Assembly: GCA_040905045.1 (NCBI GenBank)
Contig: JBBDSH010000050.1
Span: forward strand, 7,698 to 71,697
DNA length: 64,000 bases
From: Gammaproteobacteria bacterium
GTDB taxonomy: Bacteria; Pseudomonadota; Gammaproteobacteria; Eutrophobiales; Eutrophobiaceae
Direction: 5' to 3'
The notes beneath the pieces were generated by a model. The model saw only the letters and a program-made list of their open reading frames with translations. It had not been told where the DNA came from and searched no databases. Numbering within the stretch: position 1 is the stretch's first letter; every line of letters begins with the position of its first letter. Shown one piece after another: positions 18,741 to 26,816 of this stretch. The translations under genes were made by a program, and so were the position numbers.

Positions 18741-20080
18741 TATGCAAGTCTCAGGTGGTCACTGCAGCCGCGCGCCCCGATGATGCTGGCCGCGTTCGAG
18801 GGCTGACTGGTCCAGACGGAACAGCGCGAACCGGCGACGGCGCCGGCGCTCCAGTTCCCGCCGAATCGCACGGCATTGTCGACCTCGTAAGTCTCACCGC
18901 GGCCGCCGGTGATGTCTTCCCACGTGCCCGCCGCGGCGTCGGGATTGCTGCCGCCGAACTCCGAGCCCCAGATCCACATACACGCCGTCGCCTGGATCAC
19001 ACCCCAGCGCGAGGTGAACGCCTCATCGCCGTTGTTGCTGCCGCTGTTGGTGGTCGCGATCCCGGTCGTGACGGGATCGTTGCCGCGATCGACTTCCTCG
19101 CTGGTGCCGTAGGCCAGCGCGGCGAACTCCTGGTAGGACGGCGGGCGCTTGCCGTGCGCGGCCAGCACCTCGGTCAGATTCCACCAATTCGCGGCAGCGT
19201 AGACGCTGGTGCCGTTGCCGCCGAATGCGTCCGGGATCTTCGGCGCGTTGCTGTTATCCGCGATCGTCACACCGTGCGCCGATGTGCCGTTGATATGGTG
19301 ATCGACGCCGAGCAGGTAGATATCGGCCCAGAAATTCCCGGCGACCAGCGTCATGCCTCGCGGATCATCACAGGCCGGGCGCCATTTCAAATCCCAAAGT
19401 GAATACTCGTTGATCTGCGCCGTCGTGTTACCGCCCGCTTGTGCGCCGGCGTTGGAGCCCGGCGCGTAGTGGAAGCCACCGATACGGCGTGCATTGGCCA
19501 CTGGCGGCGAGGTGTAACTGCTGGTTGCCTCCAGCGTGCCATCCGGGTGAATCCAGATCACGTAATCCGTGCCTGCACTCGGCGAGCCGGGCATCGTGAT
19601 CGAGGTGCTGGCCGCGATCTCGTACACCGTGCCGTTGACCTCGATGGTCAGCGCCTGCGATGTCTCGGCGGTGAAGTTACCGGTCTTGGTCCAGGCGACG
19701 GTGGTGGGATCGGATTTGGCGAAGAGGGCGGCGGGCAGTTCGCCGCCCGACGTAAATTCACTCCAGGATCCGGCAGTAAACTGATACCGCTTATCCTCGT
19801 CCTCGACGTACGCCCACCACCCATTATTGGGCGCGTAGTATTTCCACGCGCCGGCAACGCGCACGGCCACTTGGTTCTCGTTGGCGTCGCCCACCGGCAC
19901 GATGTAGCGAACGCCGTCGTTCGGCGTGCCGGGCAGGCTGGTGGTGCGCGACTTCACGCTGAGCTGGACGATGGCGCCCAGGCCGATCAGGTTCTCGTCG
20001 TTTTCCGTGTGCCAGCCGTTGAAGCCGAGACCCCAGGCGTATTTGATCCAGTTCAATATAGGGTGCGTGCTTGGTGCCAT
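18740..20080 (-). CDS. DGR target protein: Mtd-like tail fiber/receptor-binding protein with C-terminal C-type-lectin-fold variable region
   Basis: The C-terminal ~40 aa (FGGNWSAGAVAGSRCSVWTSQPSNAASIIGARGCSD) are encoded by VR. The gene follows the truncated J-like tail-tip gene. Confidence 0.8.
   Translation of the reverse strand: MAPSTHPILNWIKYAWGLGFNGWHTENDENLIGLGAIVQLSVKSRTTSLPGTPNDGVRYIVPVGDANENQVAVRVAGAWKYYAPNNGWWAYVEDEDKRYQFTAGSWSEFTSGGELPAALFAKSDPTTVAWTKTGNFTAETSQALTIEVNGTVYEIAASTSITMPGSPSAGTDYVIWIHPDGTLEATSSYTSPPVANARRIGGFHYAPGSNAGAQAGGNTTAQINEYSLWDLKWRPACDDPRGMTLVAGNFWADIYLLGVDHHINGTSAHGVTIADNSNAPKIPDAFGGNGTSVYAAANWWNLTEVLAAHGKRPPSYQEFAALAYGTSEEVDRGNDPVTTGIATTNSGSNNGDEAFTSRWGVIQATACMWIWGSEFGGSNPDAAAGTWEDITGGRGETYEVDNAVRFGGNWSAGAVAGSRCSVWTSQPSNAASIIGARGCSDHLRLA
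18758..18876 (-). repeat. DGR variable repeat (VR), 119 bp, at the 3' end of the target gene
   Basis: Differs from TR at 11 positions; 10 of these are TR coding-strand adenines (AAC->GCC/GTC/ACC/AGC/ATC, ATC->GTC). The eleventh is a non-adenine difference at the 5' edge. Confidence 0.85.
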
Positions 20081-22290
20081 CAGGCGAGCCCTCCGTAATC
20101 GTTACCGTAATGCCGGCCGTAACCGGCCAGGCGAATTTCCTCGCGGCGCTGCTGTTGCCAGTTGGTGTAGCCGTCGCGCAGCGCGTCGATCTCCCAGGTG
20201 ATGTGACCCAGCGCGGCGCCGTCGTTGAGTTCCTTCGCCTCGTCGTAGATGTATTCGTCGCCGGTCAGCCCGGTGACCAGGCGGCGCGATGTGCCGGTCT
20301 CGCCGTCGCGGATGCGCACGTTGTACGTGGTGCCGGCTTCCGGGCCGATGGGGCCGGCGTCCTGATCGATCAGCTCCGCCGTCTGCAGCGTGCGGTCGCG
20401 GTGCGCCCAGTTCAGCGTCGGCACGCCGCTGACTTCCTCCGGCCAGTCTTCGCCGTTCACCCGGATCTGGCCGGGCGGGTACGGCCGGATGAAGCGCGAG
20501 TCGAAAGTAATGTTGTCCGTCGGCGCGCTGGCCACATCCAGCCGTCCTAAAGAAGTAGACGGCAACACGCGCACGTTCGCCGTCTCGCTGTCGACAAATT
20601 CCGTCGTCGGTGTGGCCTCGAAGTTCTGGCCGAAGAAGATCCGCGCGCCGCTGCTGTGCGCGTTTGGCACGGTATCAATGACGCCGCGATTCACCGTCAG
20701 CGTGCCGGCGCCGATGTCGATATCGGTGACCTCGACGATCTCGCCGTCCAGGTACGCCCACGTGCCTGCCTCGACGAGATCCAGATCTTCCGTTGCCGTG
20801 CTGTTGTCGATGGGCAGCACGGTCTGCTGAGGCGTAATGTCATCGGTGATCGTTGTGGTCGGCGCGAAGTTGCCGGGCGGGCCGATGCGCTCGTAGACGC
20901 CGCCGACGTTTTCCATCACAAGAAAGTTAAACGCGTCGCTGCTCGGCCGCACGGCGTTCACCACCAGAAAGCCGCTGGATTCGTCGATGCCATCGAGCAC
21001 GGCATCGGAGTCCGCCACTTCGCGCGCCACCTGGTAGTACGTCGCCTCGGTGAGCAGCCGGAACGGCGCCGGCGCCGGCGTGCTGCGCGGGTCGATCCAG
21101 TCCGTCGGTGTCGGATCGGCGAACTCGGAATCGACCAGCGAGAACACATCCTGCACCGCGTTCACGGTGATGGCGCGATCGGTGAGCGTGCCGTAATTGA
21201 CCTTGGCGATCCGGATCACCATTGAGGTGATCCCGTATTCCGGCCAGCTGAATAGATACACATCGCCCGGCCGGATAGCGTCCTGATCGGACGTGAGCCG
21301 CAGCTTCATCTGTGCCAGCGGCGCGGAGAGCTGGCGCAGGTCGCGGGAACAGACGCGGTTCGCCAGCGCGCCCTTGGTGATGCCGGTGTAGCGATGCGTG
21401 CGGTTGATCACCTGGCCGCCCTGGATCTGCAGCGCCGCGAGATTCTGGATCGTGACGGATCGTTCCTTCCAGGTGGGCTCGTCGTCCTCTCCGTCGATGT
21501 AGGTGACGGTCATTTCGTTCACCAACTCGCCCCAGCCGGGTACCTTGTAATCCAGCACCTCGATGATGTTGGTGTTGTCCAGCGTCTGGAGATTGCCGAC
21601 GGTGTAATCGTCCCGCGCCAGCTTCAGAGACCACAGGCCCGTGGTCGGATCTTCGTAGAGCGAGGCATCGATGTGCTGCAGCACGGATTGAATGAAGCCC
21701 TCGATATCGAGATTCTCATCCGTCCACAGGAAAGAGAGGCCGAAGCCCTCGCTGGCCAGCGTCGATCGCGCGGCGTTGAAGGCATCGACATCGACGCGCG
21801 ACTCGCTGTAGCCCATGCCCCAGTCCTTGCTGGTGATCAGCTCATAGAGAATATGCGCCGGGTTCGCATCATTTCCGATCAGTCCGCTGCCGGCGCCGCT
21901 CCATCCATTCGGCGTGCGCCGGCCGGTCGCCGCCCAGTTCTTGAAACGCGGTATATTGCCCAGATAAGGGCGCTTTAAAACGGCCGCAACAATACCTCGA
22001 AAGGCCGGGATCGCCGCGCCCAGTTGCGAGACCAGGTAACTGTTCGCGGTCTGCGCTTCGCCGCCCATCTCGATATCCACATCGCCGGACACGCCGCCCT
22101 CGCGATCCTCGCCGCCGAACAGTTCTTCCTCGTCGATGCTGATGGTGCCGCCGCTGGTCTCGCCCTGCCAGGCGACGCGATCGCCGACGCGGATCTCGGT
22201 GATGTTGTCGATGGGTCCACGGCACCAGGCCAGATGCATGCCGACGTAATACTTATACCCGACCGTGATCTCCTGACTCTTACCGCCCAT
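20080..22290 (-). CDS. phage tail tip / host-specificity protein J-like (N-terminal Phage-tail_3-type portion only)
   Basis: 736 aa; it resembles the lambda J N-terminal/central region (e.g. NPAHILYELITSKDWGMGYSESRVDVDAFNAA) but lacks the J C-terminal receptor-binding part. Confidence 0.55.
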   Translation of the reverse strand: MGGKSQEITVGYKYYVGMHLAWCRGPIDNITEIRVGDRVAWQGETSGGTISIDEEELFGGEDREGGVSGDVDIEMGGEAQTANSYLVSQLGAAIPAFRGIVAAVLKRPYLGNIPRFKNWAATGRRTPNGWSGAGSGLIGNDANPAHILYELITSKDWGMGYSESRVDVDAFNAARSTLASEGFGLSFLWTDENLDIEGFIQSVLQHIDASLYEDPTTGLWSLKLARDDYTVGNLQTLDNTNIIEVLDYKVPGWGELVNEMTVTYIDGEDDEPTWKERSVTIQNLAALQIQGGQVINRTHRYTGITKGALANRVCSRDLRQLSAPLAQMKLRLTSDQDAIRPGDVYLFSWPEYGITSMVIRIAKVNYGTLTDRAITVNAVQDVFSLVDSEFADPTPTDWIDPRSTPAPAPFRLLTEATYYQVAREVADSDAVLDGIDESSGFLVVNAVRPSSDAFNFLVMENVGGVYERIGPPGNFAPTTTITDDITPQQTVLPIDNSTATEDLDLVEAGTWAYLDGEIVEVTDIDIGAGTLTVNRGVIDTVPNAHSSGARIFFGQNFEATPTTEFVDSETANVRVLPSTSLGRLDVASAPTDNITFDSRFIRPYPPGQIRVNGEDWPEEVSGVPTLNWAHRDRTLQTAELIDQDAGPIGPEAGTTYNVRIRDGETGTSRRLVTGLTGDEYIYDEAKELNDGAALGHITWEIDALRDGYTNWQQQRREEIRLAGYGRHYGNDYGGLA

Positions 22291-22474
22291 CGTGTTCCTC
22301 CCGCGCGGCGTCCACCACCTTCATGGCCATCGGATCGCCGGTCGCGATCAGCGCCTCGGCCTCGATGCCGTTACGCACGAAGCCGCGCCAGTCCAGATCG
22401 TGACGGGCAAACCAGCGCCGCGCGCCGCGCGCGCAATGATGCGCCTGGCGCAAATGGCGGACGTGGACCTTCAC
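22280..22474 (-). CDS. small hypothetical phage tail-module protein
   Basis: 64-aa ORF filling the gap between the 79-aa and J-like ORFs, with ATGA-type overlaps on both sides. Confidence 0.3.
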   Translation of the reverse strand: MKVHVRHLRQAHHCARGARRWFARHDLDWRGFVRNGIEAEALIATGDPMAMKVVDAAREEHDGR

Positions 22475-22710
22475 TTCTTGCCTCCCTTACTCTTGATCGG
22501 CACCGTGCGCAGGTCGCCGTACCAGATCACATTGGGCGCCTTCATTTGCCGGCGGCCGAACAACACCGGGATCGGCTTGCCTTCCTCGGCGGTCGGCACG
22601 TCCAGCTCGCCCAGCTTGGCCGGCTCCGGAATATTCTGCCCGGCGCCCGGCCGCAGGAACGCGCTGATCGCGAAGCTGACGACGAGGAATGCAATCTGCC
22701 ACCACACCAT
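22471..22710 (-). CDS. small membrane-anchored phage tail protein
   Basis: 79 aa with an N-terminal TM helix, translationally coupled to the L-like gene. Confidence 0.4.
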   Translation of the reverse strand: MVWWQIAFLVVSFAISAFLRPGAGQNIPEPAKLGELDVPTAEEGKPIPVLFGRRQMKAPNVIWYGDLRTVPIKSKGGKK

Positions 22711-22712
22711 GA

Positions 22713-23462
22713 TCAGAACACCGGATCGGAGCCGAAGGGATTGATGCGCGGTATAAACGGCATGCCGCCGTAGTTCACCACGTTGTCGAACTTGTCGATG
22801 CAGGTCTGCCTGTCGTGCGCGCAGCCAGCGAAAGCGGCGACGTCCTCACCGACCTCGGAATCGATCAGCGGCGAGGACAGCGTGATGGTGTCGCCGGCGT
22901 GATCGACGATGGCGCGCCGCTGGTTGCCGTACTCCACATAGCCGGCGATAAACCAGCCGTCCTCCTTCGTATCGAACTCCGCCGCCGAGAGCGTCAGATC
23001 CGTGCGCGCCGTCAACGTCGCCAGCACACGGAAGTCGTTGCGCACCACCTTGCAGTTGTCGTCGTAGAGCGCGTGCCGGCAGAGTTTCTGATAACGCGCG
23101 TGCAGGCCGGTGCGCTTCATGGAACTGAAAATCGGCTCGCACTGCAGGACCACCTCCGAGCCGGACCAGGCCGCCGTCAACACCCGGCCGGTCCAGATCA
23201 CCACCGTCGCCTCATCGTCCTGCTGGAAGATATCCAGCTCCATCACGGTGGCCGGCGCGCCGCCGACGAACAGCGCGGCCACGCCGGCGTCGCGCGGCAG
23301 CCGCACGCTGATCCGGGCGCGGGCGATTTCCTCGGTGTGTTCGATCTCGTTGCGGCGCACGTAGATGGGATCGTAGTCCTGGCCGTCGTGCGTTACCTTG
23401 CTTGGCGATGTCGTGTAACCGAACACCAGGCCTGCGACGACGAATCGGTACAGCTCGATCAT
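22713..23462 (-). CDS. minor tail protein L-like
   Basis: 249 aa whose C-terminal cysteine cluster CAHDRQTCIDKFDNVVNYGGMPFIP resembles the lambda gpL C-terminus. Confidence 0.5.
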   Translation of the reverse strand: MIELYRFVVAGLVFGYTTSPSKVTHDGQDYDPIYVRRNEIEHTEEIARARISVRLPRDAGVAALFVGGAPATVMELDIFQQDDEATVVIWTGRVLTAAWSGSEVVLQCEPIFSSMKRTGLHARYQKLCRHALYDDNCKVVRNDFRVLATLTARTDLTLSAAEFDTKEDGWFIAGYVEYGNQRRAIVDHAGDTITLSSPLIDSEVGEDVAAFAGCAHDRQTCIDKFDNVVNYGGMPFIPRINPFGSDPVF

Positions 23463-25102
23463 TCCACGGCCCTCATCGTCAGCATCGCCTGGATTTTGTC
23501 ATCGGTAATCCAGGCGATCTCGATGGCGTCGCTATCCAGGCGCACGGTCTCCAGCCAGCAGACGCGGCGGATCTCGCTGCGCGTCAGGCGGGTATCGGTG
23601 AGCGCGCGATCCAGTGTCAGCGTTTCCTCATCGCCGACGACGTCGCCGGCCAGCACATAGGCGAAGTGCCACTCGTCGTCAATGTCCTCGACGGCGATGA
23701 GGTTGCGGTTGGCGCGGCCGTCGTAATAATTGCTCCAGTTGATCGGTTCGATGCGCAGCACCGATTCGTCCGCCTCGATGGCGCCGGTCAGTACCATGTC
23801 CGCCGACCAGGTGGGATAACGGAAGGCGTTCAAGCGGCCGGCGCGCGCCAGCAGCCAGGCGATGAAGCCGTCCGCATCATCACGCGTCCAGAAGTTGAAC
23901 CGCCAGCGGTGGCTCTGGATGGGATCGTCGTCCGGATCGTCCACCAGGATCAGGCCGCCGGGCGCGTCGATGCGCACGCCGGCGCGAGCGTAATCCACGC
24001 CGCCGCTGCGCGCCCAGTTCGGCTGCACCAGGTAGACGGGCAGGCCGTCGAAAGTGGTCTCGCTCTCCGCCGCCTCATACGTCGTCGCGGTGTCTTCATC
24101 GGCGATGAATTCCAGCTCGCCGGAAAAGAACGCATCCGTGCGCCGGGAAAAGCCCACCTCCTGATCGATGTACATCAGCCGCGCCGGGTACACGCTCGTG
24201 CCTTCCGGCCAGGTGTTCGAGAGCGGGTGCTGTATCGTGATCGCGTCGGGCTCGATGGCCTCGATCACCGGCGCCTCGTAATCGAGATCCTCATCGATCA
24301 GCACCAGCTGCGATCCGATCCGCCACTCGCCGACGCCGGTGTCCACGGCCAGCGTGATCTCGCCTGCGCTCGCCGTTGCGTTCAGGCGGGCGCGGTCCAT
24401 CCAGCGCGGCACGTTAAACAGGCGCGATTGCCAGCCCGACAGCAGCGCGTCCACCAGCGGCACGTGCTCGCCGGCGACGCGATAGCTGAGGCCGCGTCGC
24501 GGCCGCGTGAGGATCTTCGTTCGCACCTCATTGCCGGCGCGCGCCCGCTGCAGATCCGTGCGCCAGATCCAACGCTCGATGACCGACTCGGACCATTCCG
24601 GCGGCACCGGCCAGGCCTGCGCCACCAGGCGGCTGCCCTGGATGATCAGGACCGCGTCCGTGTCCGAGTCGAACACGATCAGCGCGTCGATGATCTCCGG
24701 CCCGTCCAGCGTCACGTCCACGTCGTAGAGTGCGGACTTGCGCGCCTCGATGGGGAACGGCGTCGCCGGATGATTGATGGTGATGCCGGTATCGCCCGTC
24801 TTCGCCACGTCCGTGATCGAGGCATCCGTATCGCCGGCGTTGTAGACGGCGGCCTGATCCGACACCGGCTGGCGGATGGTACCCAGCTGAATCGAGCCCG
24901 GGATCGCGTGCAGGCGATCGGCCCAGTCGCGATCGTAATACATCGGTACCGGCGCGCCGTTTTCTATGTTGCTGGTCACCGGCACCGGCACAGTTTTTAT
25001 GGTCCGCGTGACGGACAGCACGTCCTCGATGTCCTCCGCCGCCAGCGCGATGGCGGCGGGCAGGATGGGATCGGAAGCGAGAATGCCGTCGACGATCGCC
25101 AT
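23459..25102 (-). CDS. phage tail protein (distal tail/baseplate-like)
   Basis: ~547 aa from the ATG at 25100..25102; the track ORF start at 25264 would overlap the upstream gene by 160 nt. Confidence 0.45.
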   Translation of the reverse strand: MAIVDGILASDPILPAAIALAAEDIEDVLSVTRTIKTVPVPVTSNIENGAPVPMYYDRDWADRLHAIPGSIQLGTIRQPVSDQAAVYNAGDTDASITDVAKTGDTGITINHPATPFPIEARKSALYDVDVTLDGPEIIDALIVFDSDTDAVLIIQGSRLVAQAWPVPPEWSESVIERWIWRTDLQRARAGNEVRTKILTRPRRGLSYRVAGEHVPLVDALLSGWQSRLFNVPRWMDRARLNATASAGEITLAVDTGVGEWRIGSQLVLIDEDLDYEAPVIEAIEPDAITIQHPLSNTWPEGTSVYPARLMYIDQEVGFSRRTDAFFSGELEFIADEDTATTYEAAESETTFDGLPVYLVQPNWARSGGVDYARAGVRIDAPGGLILVDDPDDDPIQSHRWRFNFWTRDDADGFIAWLLARAGRLNAFRYPTWSADMVLTGAIEADESVLRIEPINWSNYYDGRANRNLIAVEDIDDEWHFAYVLAGDVVGDEETLTLDRALTDTRLTRSEIRRVCWLETVRLDSDAIEIAWITDDKIQAMLTMRAVE

Positions 25103-25962
25103 CACGGAATCAACCGGAATGCGTAATGAGCGACGAACTTCCACGTGTCCGAGCCGACCGTAAACTCCGCGCCGCCGGTCAGCGTCGGGTGATAATAGTG
25201 CCGCACGTCCGGCACCGTGCCGGCGTAGCTGTAATTGCCGCCACCGCGATTGATCAGCGCCCACAAGGGGAACATGGCGCCGCGCCCGGACCAGTCGGCC
25301 GGATCAAGGTTTTCGACCGCCAGTGACTCGAAGAAATTTTTCAGGCATTGCAGCAGCAGTGATCCGTTGCGCGTGTTGGTTGTGGTGTGCCACTGATCGG
25401 TATTGCCGTCCACGTCCGCGTTCACGGCCGTGTTGCGATCGCTGGAATCGAACAGCGTGTTATCGTAAAAGGCGTTGTCGCCGCGCACCGGCATGCCGGA
25501 GACGTACGCGCCGCCGGTCCAGGTGCCGAACTTGTCCAGCGTCCCCAGGATCATCGCGCACCACATGAACGCGTCCTTGCGCGCGAGCACATGAATGTAG
25601 TCGCCGGCGGCGTTGCTCAGCAGCAGGTATTCCTTCACGTCCGTCTGATTGAACACACCAAGCAGGGCCGGATAACCGCTGTCGCCCGGCTGGCTGTCCC
25701 AACTCAGGCCGCCATCGAAACCGCGCGCGCCGAAGCAGGCAATGCCGGGATGATTGTAGTCGGCAAAGCTGTTCATGATCGCGCCGAAGTCGATGCTGTC
25801 CAGATCGTCGTCGGCCTTGAGCGCGTAATAATCACTGCCGTTCTGCAGGTACAGTTCACTGGCCGTTGTTTTGTTGACGGTCCAGCCCAGGGTGCCGGCG
25901 AACACGCCGATCTTGTCCAGCAGGTCGTAGACGTCCGTCGCTGTGCCCGTTTCAACCGTCAT
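25102..25962 (-). CDS. phage tail-associated protein, paralog B
   Basis: 286 aa, paralogous to 25959..26816 (MTVETGTATDVYDLLDKIGVFAG vs MAYQNGTASDYLDLLKKLEDFAV). Confidence 0.5.
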   Translation of the reverse strand: MTVETGTATDVYDLLDKIGVFAGTLGWTVNKTTASELYLQNGSDYYALKADDDLDSIDFGAIMNSFADYNHPGIACFGARGFDGGLSWDSQPGDSGYPALLGVFNQTDVKEYLLLSNAAGDYIHVLARKDAFMWCAMILGTLDKFGTWTGGAYVSGMPVRGDNAFYDNTLFDSSDRNTAVNADVDGNTDQWHTTTNTRNGSLLLQCLKNFFESLAVENLDPADWSGRGAMFPLWALINRGGGNYSYAGTVPDVRHYYHPTLTGGAEFTVGSDTWKFVAHYAFRLIP

Positions 25963-26816
25963 GCCAGCTCCAGCGCCATGAAGTCGTGAATGTCGTTGCG
26001 CAGTGTGTTCTGCGCCACCAGGTAATCCTGCGTGCCGGTATCGACAATATCCTCCGTGCCCAGGGAAAAGCCGGTGATGTGGCGCACGCCGTCCAGCTCA
26101 CCGAGATGGCCCTCCACGTTGTTCGATGTCGGGATCATGAGCACAGGCGGGAACAGCGGATAATCGCCGAAGGTATCGCGCAGCGAATCCTGGTTGCCCG
26201 TATTCGCGTCCATCCACGGCCAAATGCGCACGTTGTCCGTGCTCGTGCCGATCTGCCGCCAGGTATCATCCGGCGTCCACAGGTAGCCGTGGCCCTGGCC
26301 GCTGGCCCAGTAGGCGTTCAGCCCGGTGTTGGACCAGCGCGCTGTGCTCGAGGCGGAGGATCCGCCGATGAGCAGCGGGTAATCGTATTCGAAGTCGGCG
26401 GCGTAGGGATTGATGTAGCCGAGATACAGGTGCATGTAGACCGTGCTCACTTTCGCCACCAGCGCGATGCGCTGCTTGTTGCAGATCAGCCAGTAAGGAA
26501 TGCTGTCGTTCCACAGCGGCAGATAGCGCGCGTTGCTGTCCTGGACCATGTTGTCGTAGGTCTCGCCGTCGTAGATCCGCGCGCCCTTGAATTCCCAGTT
26601 ATAGTAATCGCTGCCGACATCGTGATAACTCTTGATGCCGACGATGATGTTCTGATCGTCATTGACGCCCGGCCCGTCCAGGATCAGCTCGCCGTCCGTG
26701 CCGCCGACCTCGTCGTAGGTCGAGCGCTGCACCGTCCAACCCTGCAGGACCGCGAAGTCCTCCAGCTTTTTCAGCAGGTCCAGATAATCACTCGCGGTGC
26801 CGTTCTGATACGCCAT
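25959..26816 (-). CDS. phage tail-associated protein, paralog A
   Basis: 285 aa immediately downstream of the tape measure gene. Confidence 0.5.
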   Translation of the reverse strand: MAYQNGTASDYLDLLKKLEDFAVLQGWTVQRSTYDEVGGTDGELILDGPGVNDDQNIIVGIKSYHDVGSDYYNWEFKGARIYDGETYDNMVQDSNARYLPLWNDSIPYWLICNKQRIALVAKVSTVYMHLYLGYINPYAADFEYDYPLLIGGSSASSTARWSNTGLNAYWASGQGHGYLWTPDDTWRQIGTSTDNVRIWPWMDANTGNQDSLRDTFGDYPLFPPVLMIPTSNNVEGHLGELDGVRHITGFSLGTEDIVDTGTQDYLVAQNTLRNDIHDFMALELA

